Source of the DNA: an uncultured Planctomycetota bacterium | GTDB lineage: Bacteria; Planctomycetota; Planctomycetia; Isosphaerales; Isosphaeraceae | Direction of reading: 5' to 3' | Assembly: GCA_963823665.1 (NCBI GenBank) | Contig: CAWGMQ010000008.1 | Span: 544,001-608,000, forward strand | Length of the DNA stretch: 64,000 bases | Part shown: piece by piece, positions 37,869-50,291 of the stretch | How the letters are laid out: the number at the start of each line of letters is the position of its first letter | Position numbering within the stretch: position 1 is the stretch's first letter | Notes under the pieces: generated by a model | The model's database searches: none | The model's input: only the letters and a program-made list of their open reading frames with translations | Told to the model about the DNA's origin: nothing | Translations under genes and position numbers: made by a program

Positions 37869-38140
37869 CAGAGCACTATGTTCGATATATGGTACACAGG
37901 TTCCGCCGCCTCAACCTGTTTGACGAATAACGGAACAACGCCGAAACGGTCGTAACCCGCCGCGAGGGCCTGATCGCGAGTCTCATAGAACCCGACGACG
38001 ATGTCCCGCTTGATCAAGACGTGTTTGTGTTCATGCTCTTTTAACCAACGAGAAAGGTGTTTGTCGTACACTGCCTGTTCACGCTTCAGGGACGTGTTCC
38101 GAGGCCGGCGTTCCGAACGCGGTTTCGTTTTTCCTGCCAC
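37868..38140 (-). CDS. Small DUF5678-like protein, translationally coupled to the protease
   Basis: GGAGG SD before GTG at 38140; pattern E..Y...L..WL..H..K.VLIK...VVG.Y.T...AL.AGY.RFG; TGATG overlap with the protease start. Confidence 0.65.
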   Translation of the reverse strand: MAGKTKPRSERRPRNTSLKREQAVYDKHLSRWLKEHEHKHVLIKRDIVVGFYETRDQALAAGYDRFGVVPLFVKQVEAAEPVYHISNIVL

Positions 38141-38304
38141 ACCAAGTCCTCCCATCATTACTAGCCCGCCGAGACACCAAATCCACGATAACCTATCGTG
38201 CCGAGTCGTGCGAGAAACCGAATCGATTTGCAAGAAATTCACTCCGAAGACGGGAGATCGCAGACCACCCAGGCATTCGGGATGTACACGCCCGCTCTGT
38301 GCGT

Positions 38305-39623
38305 TCATTCTCGGCCGACGAACTCTTCACGCTTTGCGTCCCAATGGATACCGCGGGCGGCCGCTGCATGGAGACGAGCCCTCCACTGATCATCGCCGAC
38401 GGCTGCGCCTGCGCGAGCCGGCTCAAGCATTCCCTTTACCATGGCGAGCGCCTGCGACCGGATTGCTGTCGCCGCCTGAGCACGAGAGAAATCGTCGAGG
38501 GCCTTGAATCGGCGGCTGCCCAGAATCGCCTCGGCCGCCGCCAATGGATTCGCGGTTGGGACAACCTTCGCGTCGCGGACAACGCCATGGAGTCGCGCCC
38601 AGCGAATGTGGGACGAAGGCTGTTCGGGGTTTCCTCCCATACCGATCTGATGGCCGACCATGAATGGAGCGTCTCCGGAGACTGCCATTGGATTCAAGGG
38701 CCAGTGCATCGCCTCCGCGGACTGGCGATCGACAAGGAACACACCGATCATCGGAGGCGGAATTCGCTCGTCGAGGCGAATCGGCTCGAAGAGAAGGCGG
38801 ATGATCCAGAAGACGATCTCCTGATCGTGGAAGTACTCGAAGCTCCGAGTCAACTTGGCATACTCGTCCAGGATGGCAAGAGCGCGATCCTTGCCGAGCG
38901 GATGAAGTGCGTTGACCGCTCGAATCAAGTCGACGCCGTTCGGATTGGAGAACGGCCAGCGACTGGCACGGTTGATGAGCTCCAATTCGTGTGACAAGGG
39001 CTGCGCCGCGGGAACGGAGAGCGGCTTGACGGTTGCGGGAATGGCCTGCGCTCGGGAGGTCCAGTCGACGACGTGACTTGTCTTGCTGTTGATCGTGTGC
39101 TTTGCCAGAGCGACGCCGACCTGAAGGGATTGAACATGGAGGCGTTCCTGCTTTGTCTTCCGTAGATCGAAACACACGTGAAATTGCCCAGATGGGCTTG
39201 TCACGGCTGTCTCGTGCAAGGTGTCTGTTTGGTTCATTCCCTTCGACCAATCCGGCTTGGCGTCGGGCGTCGTTCCGAGGTAAACCGTTACCCCTTGAAA
39301 CCAGGTGATGGGCTTCGTTCGCATCTGCCGGTCGTCAGGCATTTTCAATTGACCGCGAATGGTGCAGAAATTGCCGAGCGCATCGAGTTTGGGTTCTTGC
39401 CATTCGACGCTGAGCGCGCTGAACGCTTGCGCGTCGGGTCGATCGCTGTATTCCTTGATGTCTCTGTAAGCGCTGGATGCGCTCCATTCCTGGGGTGTCC
39501 AGTGTCCCGACGACGCGCCCAATGAAGCTTGGACCTCGTCGTCGTCTGGCGGTTGCGCGTTGCGCGCGGAAAAATGACCGTGAGTAGCAGCGCCGCGCAA
39601 CCAGTCGTGAGCACACGAGGCAT
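38305..39623 (-). CDS. Hypothetical secreted protein (one frameshift near the 5' end)
   Basis: Signal-like MPRVLTTGCAALLLTVIF begins at 39623, right after the HEAT gene stop, and shifts into ORF 38305..39600. Confidence 0.65.
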
Positions 39624-39624
39624 G

Positions 39625-41788
39625 TCAGTTGCCACCCTTTCCATCGGGCTGTCGAAGTTGTCGCAGGGCTTCCCTCGCATGCGACCGGAGTATCCAATCC
39701 GACGAACCGGCGGTCGCCCGCAATGCCGCGAGGGCTTCCTCTGTGGCGATGGCTTGAAGCGCCTTGATCGCCGTTTCCGGATCGTTTGGGGGCGATTGTC
39801 GAAGCTCAGCCAGTGCATAGCGTGTGAACCGCGCGTCCGAGCGGTTCAACTCGGTGATTGTTTCCAGCGCGTTGTGGCAGTCGTAGGGTTCGTTCGATGC
39901 GAGCGCCAACTCCAACTGTTTTTCGAGGTCAATCGGGTTGCCGGCAACCAGGAAGATCGCTTTCGCGGCCTTGAGTCGAATCAGGGGCGATTCGTCATTG
40001 AGCAGCTTCTCAAGTGACGCGATCGTGCTGGAAGCCTTCTCGCGGAAGGATCCAATCGCATTCAGGGCATCGTGCCGCGTCCAGTAATCCTTGCTCTCCA
40101 GTTGGGCGACGAGAAATGGCAGGACAACATCGTCCCCGTGCTTCAAGCCGGTTAGTGCTTCCACGGCATGCCGGTTGCTGAAGACTTCATCGCGCGCCGC
40201 ATCAATGACCAGGCGTGCAATCCGGCTCGGTTCATTCGATGTGATGCATAAGGCGTTCGCGCACGCTGCAGCCGCCCACCGATCCTCGTCGCGCAGGCCG
40301 CCTTCAAGGATCGCTTGTGTTGTCTCGGAACGAATGCAAAGACGTCCAGTCGCATCAGCAAACTGTTGCAGCGAAATCGCCCGGCGACGCAACGCTGAGA
40401 TGAGAACAGGCGTGACGTCCACACCGACTACTGGTCCGATGGCGGCGAGAGTGACGATCGCTTTCTGCGACAGCACGGCATCCGGGCCCTGTGCGATCTG
40501 GATGAGCACGTTTTTCAGCGGCAGAGCGCCTGGACCGACGTCAGACAACACGTTCAGGGCCGTCTCGCGTACGTTGCGATCGGAATGCCGCAACAGCACC
40601 TCGATCGGGCGACAATCATCAGCGGAAATCTCGTGCCAGCCGATTGAACGAGAACCAGGACAACGGACTGTCTGCAGCGATTGCGAGCTTCTCGACGAGA
40701 TTCAGAAACCGCGGCATGTCGTGAGTCACGGCCCACACCGCTGCCGCGCAATTCTCCCCCGCCGCGAACAGCCGACCTGAATTGTCGAATGGCGAGCGCG
40801 AGTTCGACTTGCCGTTCCGTTTCCGCGTCACATACTCCTTGATCGACTTATCCGCAGCGACTTCGAGCGCAGCGGACGCCTGTTTGCCGTCGGGTCCGAG
40901 CAGTGCCAGGCATTTAGCCGTAACGATTCGGATTTTCACGTTCGCGTCCATGAGGCTGTCGCACACCTGCGGAATGTCTAGAACGGAGGGTGGGCCGATG
41001 TGCTCGAGAGCCTGCTCCAAATCGGCTTTGATGAGCGCTGGCACGGCGCCCTGGGCTGCGATGCCGTGAGCCGACAGCGCGAGGCCGGCGTCGGCGCTCA
41101 GGTGCTTGCAAGAGACCGCGTGTGTCAATCTGGGAATCGCGATCTGCGCGTCGGCGCGGTTGGATTTGAGCGCACGCGCTGCTTCGACGGCCACGGCGAG
41201 ATCAGGGTCCAGGAGCATCTCCGCCAGTCGCGGCACGCTCGGTATACCGAGGCCGGTCAGGGCGTCCACCGCGGCCGCTCGAACGCGCGGATCGGAGTCA
41301 TTGGAAAGTCGGGCTGCGCTGTCGAGATCGAGTCGCTTCAAGCGTGCGAGCGCCTGCGTCGCGGCTGCCCGCGTTCTTGCAGCCGGGGAGCTGAGCATTT
41401 CCCGTAGTCGGACCACGGCGTCCTCTCCGATCGCGACCAGCGCGTCGACTGCGGCGACACGGGTTGCGTGATCGGGATCACTCAGTTTCTTGCACATGGC
41501 CGCGATCGCGGGGCTGGCCTTTGATTTCAACGCCGCCAGGGAGCGAATGGCCAATTCGGATTCCTGATGGTCGCCGCCTTCGACGACCGCGATCAAGGCG
41601 AGAATGTGATCCGAAGCATCGGCCTCGAGTTTTGATCCGGAGGTGACCGCGTGGCGTATTCGTTCGACGCGAGCGCGAGCGTTTTGTGTTTTCGACTCCG
41701 ATTCAACGGGTATCTGGGCGACCGCAGCGTCGAATGAAACGGAGCTAATGATTGTGGCTAGAAGGATCGGCTGGATGGATTGGAACAT
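39625..41788 (-). CDS. HEAT-repeat protein with signal peptide (frameshift near 40650)
   Basis: Repeated L.D.D..VR.AA..AL motifs in both ORFs; SD GAGGA before MFQSIQPILLAT; reading continues as WHEISADDCRPIEVLLR across the shift. Confidence 0.8.
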
Positions 41789-41917
41789 GATCTCGTCCTC
41801 TCGGCGGTGGCATGCTGTCCGCAAGAGTTACCTTGACGAATCGGGCGCGCAACGGATTTTCCGATCCTACCACGGCCGGCGAATTTTGGCGTCGCTACGA
41901 AATTGCGACCGCCCTCA

Positions 41918-41988
41918 AGGATCGGGCTTACGACCGAGGTTGGAGGACTTGCGTCCCGTTTGAACCACGCAGTGACGGGCGTGGTCAC
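41918..41988. repeat. 71-bp direct repeat, copy 1, ending in a REP-like palindrome
   Basis: 65/71 identical to 44501-44571. Confidence 0.9.
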
Positions 41989-42022
41989 ATGTTCTGGCTC
42001 GCGGCGTGAATTGACGCGCAAA

Positions 42023-42072
42023 CGCGGCCGGCGGCGGCGGAAGGTGAAACTCCTCCGTGGCGGCCGGCCGCG
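42023..42072 (-). terminator. GC-rich stem-loop downstream of rsr, possible terminator
   Basis: CGCGGCCGGC (42023-32) pairs with GCCGGCCGCG (42063-72); only a short TTT tail on the minus strand. Confidence 0.4.
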
Positions 42073-42101
42073 GGTTAATCGTGGTGTCTGGGATAGGAAA
42101 C

Positions 42102-43793
42102 TCACGCTCGAATGAAATCTGCCAGCACAGCCGGCAGTGCCGTATCGAAACCGACGCAGTCGATCATTCCCGCGTCGCGCGGATCGGCGATCGAGAAGCC
42201 GTTCGATTCAAATGCGACCACTGCAGACTTAGCCGGGATGTTCATCTTTTGACGATACTGAACGAGCGCCTGGCTGGGATGAACCGGGCCGGCCCACGTC
42301 TCGGAATCGGTGTAGACCTGGAACGCGTCAATCTCCACCTTGTTCTTGAGCGCCCACCGCATCGGGATCGAGCAGTCGGTTCCGCCGAACGGAAGGTTAC
42401 CGGTCTTTTCAAGGACATCGGTCAGCCGGGAGCAGCTCGCAATGTCGAGCGGAGTCAACTCCGGATCGCCACCGCCGTGCATCCCGCCGAAGGAACCCCA
42501 TGCCGATCGGCCGCCGACTGCCGTGAACGCCACGATCGTGTGGTTCTGCTCCGTCCTGGCCGTCACGAGCGCGAGGCACGCGGCGGCCTCGCGGTTCGTG
42601 ATCGACGTGCCGGAGATGGTCGACGTCATCGAGCCCGATACATCGAGCGCCAGCATGATCCGCTTGCTGGTCGGCTCGACATTGTCGAACGCGATGTAGA
42701 ACGCCGCGTCAAGCGCGTCGTTGATCCGGCTCACCGGCTGCCACGACAGCTTGCCCTTGTCGCCATGACCGGATCCGTAAGTCTTGGCTGCAACCAGGAT
42801 GGCCAGCGGGTGCAGCCGGCTCTTGCGGATGTACTCGCGATCGGCCAGCTTGTCGCAGACAGCCTTGGTGTGGCCGGAGCCCGGCTTGAGGAGGCCGATG
42901 CTCGTCATCTTGCCGAGATTGCGAACCATCGCCGTCAGCGGCATCTTGACAAGGAGCGCAGCCCAGATCTCGATGTCGTTGAGTGCCTCCGTTGGAACAC
43001 ATTCTCGCGGCAGGTCGTGCTGGATAATCAGCTTCGCCAGCCGATTGCGTTGACAGTGCTTGGCCTCATCCGCGGCTCGGAGAAACGCCGGCAGCTCGCG
43101 GGCTGGGAGAGCGGCGTAGGCCGATTCCTGCTCGCCGCGCTTGACCACGCGGTCGCCAAGCTCACCGTCCGCGGTGATCCAGCGGGCGATTGCTGCGTGG
43201 GCGCCAGCATCGTCAAACTGCGGGTGCGCCATGCGCAGCACGTCACGGTGAGACATCCCATCGCGCTGCCGGTACTTCGCCACCTGGTACGCGAGCGCAT
43301 CGGCAGTCTTGCCGGCGTACCACCGGCTGACTGCACGGCGCAGCCCGGCGCCCCAGCCGCGGAAGCCTTTCACGGCCTCGACGAACTGGAAGAGATGCGT
43401 GCCGATGCGGCAAACCTGCGGCAACGCGGCTTCGGCCAGCCGGCGAGCGACTGGGTTCTTGTGGGCTGCGGCGATTGCCAGGGCGAAGACGGCCGGATCG
43501 TTCTTGGGCGCGCGGCCGGAATCGCTGATCGCGACGATCAGGTTCACAGCGCGCGCAGCATCTTCGTTCAGGCAGTTCCGCACGCATGTGGCGTTCTCGA
43601 TGGTGAGCGTTTTCTCGGTCGCGTAGTACGATCCGCCTTCGTTGCCCAGGATCAAGAAGCGTTCGAGCCGCTTCCAGTCGTCGACGGCGAAGGAGAACCC
43701 GCCGCTCGAGTTCGGCACCATCGGGCTGCCGGGAATCGGCAAGCTCTGTGGAGTTGCTCGTGTCGAGAAGTGCTTTGCGTAAGTCTTGCCCAT
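42102..43793 (-). CDS. rsr: Ro60-related TROVE + vWA domain RNA-binding protein
   Basis: PNSSGGFSF, RFLILGNEGGSYY, RIGTHLF, RGWG, KYRQRDG.SHRD, MPLTAMVRNLGKMT, RLHPL; vWA MIDAS motif LALDVSGSM, GGTD, YTDSETW; SD GAAGGGAGG. Confidence 0.96.
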   Translation of the reverse strand: MGKTYAKHFSTRATPQSLPIPGSPMVPNSSGGFSFAVDDWKRLERFLILGNEGGSYYATEKTLTIENATCVRNCLNEDAARAVNLIVAISDSGRAPKNDPAVFALAIAAAHKNPVARRLAEAALPQVCRIGTHLFQFVEAVKGFRGWGAGLRRAVSRWYAGKTADALAYQVAKYRQRDGMSHRDVLRMAHPQFDDAGAHAAIARWITADGELGDRVVKRGEQESAYAALPARELPAFLRAADEAKHCQRNRLAKLIIQHDLPRECVPTEALNDIEIWAALLVKMPLTAMVRNLGKMTSIGLLKPGSGHTKAVCDKLADREYIRKSRLHPLAILVAAKTYGSGHGDKGKLSWQPVSRINDALDAAFYIAFDNVEPTSKRIMLALDVSGSMTSTISGTSITNREAAACLALVTARTEQNHTIVAFTAVGGRSAWGSFGGMHGGGDPELTPLDIASCSRLTDVLEKTGNLPFGGTDCSIPMRWALKNKVEIDAFQVYTDSETWAGPVHPSQALVQYRQKMNIPAKSAVVAFESNGFSIADPRDAGMIDCVGFDTALPAVLADFIRA

Positions 43794-43817
43794 GGGATCC
43801 TCCCTTCGAGAGAAAAT

Positions 43818-43885
43818 CGCAAGGCAAGTTGGCTCATCAGGGGCTAATCATTACCAGTGATAACCCTGAAGAATTCGGCCTTGCG
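43818..43885 (-). ncRNA. Second Y-RNA-like hairpin with a canonical Ro-binding helix (YrlB-like or cis-acting leader element)
   Basis: 5'-CGCAAGGCCGAAU...ACUUGCCUUGCG-3' terminal stem with a bulged C; inner UCAGGG/CCCUGA and AUCA/UGAU stems; ends 24 nt before the rsr ATG. Confidence 0.75.
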
Positions 43886-43888
43886 AAG

Positions 43889-44009
43889 TGCGGGAGCCCG
43901 GAGTTGCACCGGGAACTCGCCATCTTGAGTGAGAACAGTCTACATTCGGCCCTTGCGGGCAAGTTTGAGTAAACCGTTTTTTCGCGTGATGCTGTTTCAC
44001 CACTCCCGC
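43889..44009 (-). ncRNA. yrlA: YrlA-type tRNA-mimicking Y RNA
   Basis: Acceptor GCGGGAG/CUCCCGC plus A; D arm GUGA-AACAGCA-UCAC; T arm CCCGG-UGCAACU-CCGGG; anticodon arm replaced by an AACGGUUUAC/GUAGACUGUU stem capped with CUUGCCC-GCAA-GGGCCGAA (Ro helix); adjacent to rsr. Confidence 0.88.
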
Positions 44010-44394
44010 ATTGATCGACTATCAGGGACCCGGGTCACACTCCGCCCGTTCGCGCAGATGATCGCGCACGGACATCGGGGAGAATCCTGCGACAACTACG
44101 ACTGGGCAACGCGTCAACGGGTTGCTGCCGACCGCACTGTCACTACATAATCCGACAAATACGACGGATGGCTGGTTCGCGCGCGGGCGATGTTCTTTTG
44201 CGGGTCGGTCGGAAGAGTGCCGGAGCATCGAGTCGAAATCGTCCGCGACATAAGCCGAGGGGAGCGGTCAAGATACAGGGGTTTGCGCATCTCATGGCGC
44301 GGGACGAGGAAGAAGGAGACTTGAATCGCGCAGGAGTCAGTCTTAGGCCGCGGAGGGTCTGCTGTTGGAAAGACGAGCGAGGGAGAAGACTTGA

Positions 44395-44427
44395 ACCACG
44401 GAAGAGACGAAACACACGAAAACGAAA
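44395..44427 (+). repeat. Short A-rich periodic repeat (ACCACGGAA-GAGACGAAA-CACACGAAA-ACGAAA)
   Basis: Roughly 9-nt ACG(G/A)AA periodicity read directly in an intergenic region. Confidence 0.5.
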
Positions 44428-44500
44428 CTGTGAGATGTAATTGCTCTGAAAGTTGCTTTTCGAAGAATGGCGAGCAGGCCTGCGAGCTGAGATGAAGGCG

Positions 44501-44571
44501 AGGATCGGGCTGACGGCCGAGGTTGGAGGACTGGCGTCCCGTTTGAACCACGCACTCACGTGCGTGGTCAC
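44501..44571. repeat. 71-bp direct repeat, copy 2, ending in REP-like palindrome ACCACGCAC-TCAC-GTGCGTGGT
   Basis: 65/71 identical to 41918-41988. Confidence 0.9.
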
Positions 44572-44598
44572 TAGCTCGCGCGGGGCGTGCGCTCGCGT

Positions 44599-47365
<2,767 letters not shown>

Positions 47366-47369
<4 letters not shown>

Positions 47370-47446
47370 CGAAGACCCTCCAGCATGAACCGCTACCGGG
47401 CCCTGGCCCGCTACCGCACGTTCCTGAAGCGCTCCGGACGATCCAT
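47366..47446 (-). pseudogene. Possible 81-bp relic of a deleted ECF sigma gene
   Basis: In-frame MDRPERFRNVR*RARAR*RFMLEGLR* with an ATGA overlap onto the kinase, like LEGLS*/ATGA at 50288. Confidence 0.45.
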
Positions 47447-47822
47447 CGCCACGCGATTTACACCCATAGTGATCTTGGTCACGCCTCTGGATCAGACCGC
47501 GCCGAAAAAATTAGGTTCGCGATGTTGGTCAAGGTGCGGCTCGGAAGCAACAATCCGTAACGAGCACGCGGGAAATCACATCCGTATTTGAAGACGAGGC
47601 TTTTGGGACCGCGAAACCCTGCGTTTTCGCGCGCAGATCCCTTCGCTTGGCGGGTAGACGTTGGTCCCGCCATGAGTATTCGATACGCCCGACTAATTCT
47701 TTAATGTAGCGGAAAAGATGGAGGCGGGTGGCGGTGGTTCGGCCAGTGATGTATGACCGGCCAGATTGCCGTAGTGGAATCGCGAAAGACCGTTCAGCGA
47801 ACGAATTGAGTAATCGTCAGGC

Positions 47823-48040
47823 TCAAGGACTTCCACTCTTCGGCGGCTCACTCGACTTCGCAGCCTGACTCGCGGCTATCGCGGCGGCGACGATCCGCTC
47901 AAACTCTCCATTCTGCCGTTCCCGCAGCAGCTTCAATTTGAGGGCGACTTCTCGATTCAGCTCGCGATCGAGTGCGACGAAGACTTCGCCCAGGCCGCCG
48001 CGGTCGTGGAGCCGGAGCAATCGGAAGCGGCCATCCGGCG
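47823..48040 (-). pseudogene. Ser/Thr kinase fragment
   Basis: RFRLLRLHDRGGLGEVFVALDRELNREVALK (subdomains I-II) joined directly to a short tail; the rest of the kinase is absent. Confidence 0.7.
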
Positions 48041-48279
48041 GGTCTCCGCGGTGCGCGGCGGGCTCACGAGCAACCGGACACCCACGAGGGCGTCCTCTCC
48101 CCAGGCGCCACGCCAGATCGGTAGGATTATCGCACGATCACAAGACGGATGCATCCGGGACCAATTTCGAGTTCAATGATGCTTGGGCAGCAACCACAAT
48201 GTTTGCGCCATGCAGGGTGAAGGCCATCGTGTCGCGACCGAAGTGATTGACCACGAACCCGAGAGGATTCAGTCTCGCA

Positions 48280-49411
48280 ATGCGACCGCGATCAACCTTC
48301 CTCATCGTCTTCCTGGCATCAACGTCTTCGCTCGCGTCGGCGCAACCCGCCGCGCCAGCCGCGCTCCGCGACAAGCGCGCCGCACGACGCAGTCGACCGC
48401 ATCGTCGCGGCCGAGATGGAGAAGCAGCAGATCCCCGGGCTGTCCCTTGCCGTCATCCAGGGAGGTAAAATCGTCAAGGCAAGAGGGTACGGCGTCACCG
48501 AGAAGGGCGGGAAGACTCCGGTGACGGCTGAGACGCTCTTCCAGGCCGGGTCGGTCAGCAAGTCGGTCGCGGCCGTTGGTGCGCTCCATCTCGTGGATAA
48601 AGGGAAGCTTTCGCTCGATGAAGACGTCAACGCCAAGCTCCTCACCTGGAAAGTGCCGCATAACGAGCTTACCAAGGAACAAAAAGTCACCCTGAGGCGC
48701 CTTCTCAGCCACACGGCGGGGCTCACCGTCCACGGTTTCCCGGGCTATGCCCGCGATGCGCAGGTCCCGACGCTCGTACAGGTTCTGGACGGGAAGAAAC
48801 CGGCAAACACGCCTGCCATTCGCGTTGACATCCTCCCCGGCAGCCAGTGGCGTTATTCGGGCGGCGGTTACGCGGTCATGCAAAAGCTCGTTATCGACGT
48901 CACCGGAAAGCCGTTCGCAGAGTTCATGCAAGAGGCCGTGCTGGGGCCTGCGGGAATGAAAGAAAGCACGTTCAAACAACCGCTGCCCGCCGAGAAGGCG
49001 AAACTTGCGGCGGCGGGCGACTATGCCAATCACACGCCGGTCCACGGGAAGTGGCACGTCTATCCGGAGATGGCCGCGGCCGGGCTTTGGACAACCCCTT
49101 CGGATCTGGTGCGATTCGCCGCCGCCGTGCAGGGCGCGCTTGCCGGCAAGTCCACGAAGATGCTCTCGAAGCGGGTGGCGCAGCAGATGGTCACCGAGGA
49201 AAAAGACCACGACGGACTGGGCATGTTCCTGCAAGGCACCGGTAAAAACCTCCGGTTCAGCCACAACGGACGAAACGAGGGATTTGACACCCTCTTCGTC
49301 GCCTATGCCGAATCCAGGCGTGGAGCCGCGATCATGATCAACTCCAACGAGAACTCCGGCTCCCTGGGGCGGATCTTGAAAGCCATCGAGAGCGAGTATC
49401 GCTGGCCGTAA
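48280..49411 (+). CDS. Serine hydrolase, beta-lactamase/AmpC-like family (frameshift near 48380)
   Basis: Signal peptide MRPRSTFLIVFLAST; SVSK (SxxK), LLSHTAG, YSGGGY, HNG. Confidence 0.9.
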
Positions 49412-49527
49412 GGCATTCCTAATTCTTTCGGCAAATCGCGTGACATCCCCGATCGACTCCTCGCCTCTATCCAGGGGAGATCCAATCCCTTTCGCGCGCC
49501 ACACAGCCGGACACCTGGATGAAGACC

Positions 49528-49585
49528 CCGGTGGCACTTGAAATGCCAGTGCCACCGGACGCTTGACCACTTGCACCGGTGGCAC
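49528..49585. repeat. REP-like inverted repeat plus a third arm copy
   Basis: CCGGTGGCACT (49528-38) pairs with AGTGCCACCGG (49548-58); CCGGTGGCAC recurs at 49576-85. Confidence 0.6.
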
Positions 49586-49680
49586 ATTACTTTTTAGTCT
49601 GAAGATTCATCGATCAATGCGTGAACTGACTCACCGCCCTATTACTTTCGTTGCGGACGTGCGCGGGTGGGAATCTCGCC

Positions 49681-50291
49681 ATGCAGAACCCGAATGGAAT
49701 TCCGGACTTCCTGCTGGAGCGTGCTCGCGCCGGCGACACGAGCGCATTCGGCCAGTTGCTCACGCGATATCACAATTACATGCGCTTGCTGGCGCGGCGC
49801 TTGCGGGCACGACGCTGAAGCTCCGGCTGGATGCCTCTGATGTAGTGCAGGAAGCGTGTCTGGAGGCCCATCGCGATTTCCCGAATTTTGAAGGCTCGAC
49901 CGAAGCGGAATTACTGGCGTGGCTGAGGCGGATCCTCGCTCGAAACCTGGCGGATGTCGCGCGGTATCAGAATGCGGAGATGCGTGACTATCGGCGTCAG
50001 CGGTCGCTGGAATCGCTGCTGGAGCAGTCGAGTCTCTCGGTTCAGGAAGCACTTGCCGCCACCGCGACGACTCCGAGCTCGATCGCCGCGCAGCGCGAGC
50101 GTGCGGTCTTGCTGGCTGATGCGCTCGAGGGGCTGCCCCCGGATTATCGAGACGTTGTGATCTTGCGCAATCTGGAGGGGCTCAAGTTCAATGAAGTCGC
50201 TGCGCGAATGGGGCGCTCGTCCGGGGCCGTGAGGATGCTATGGGCCCGGGCAATCGAGCGCCTGAGCGAAGCACTGGAGGGGCTCTCATGA
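49681..50291 (+). CDS. ECF sigma-70 factor (frameshift near 49795)
   Basis: MQNPNGIPDFLLERARAGD...YHNYMRLLAR shifts into LDASDVVQEACLEAHRDF, AWLRRIL, TPSS, LPPDYRDVVILRNLEGL; ATGA overlap with the kinase. Confidence 0.9.

Noticed and set aside
42057..43847. 596-aa plus-strand ORF and the many other long overlapping ORFs
   Set aside because: Antisense or alternate-frame shadows typical of high-GC DNA; no recognisable motifs, and they overlap well-supported genes.
43889..44009. Canonical or intron-containing tRNA
   Set aside because: There is no 7-nt anticodon loop; that arm carries a Ro-binding helix and the element sits next to rsr, so Y RNA fits better.
41918..44571. CRISPR array or IS terminal repeats
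   Set aside because: Only two direct copies 2.6 kb apart, with no spacer series, cas genes or transposase in the window.
48280..49411. Bona fide antibiotic-resistance beta-lactamase
   Set aside because: The motifs place it only in the broad serine hydrolase family; substrate cannot be inferred.
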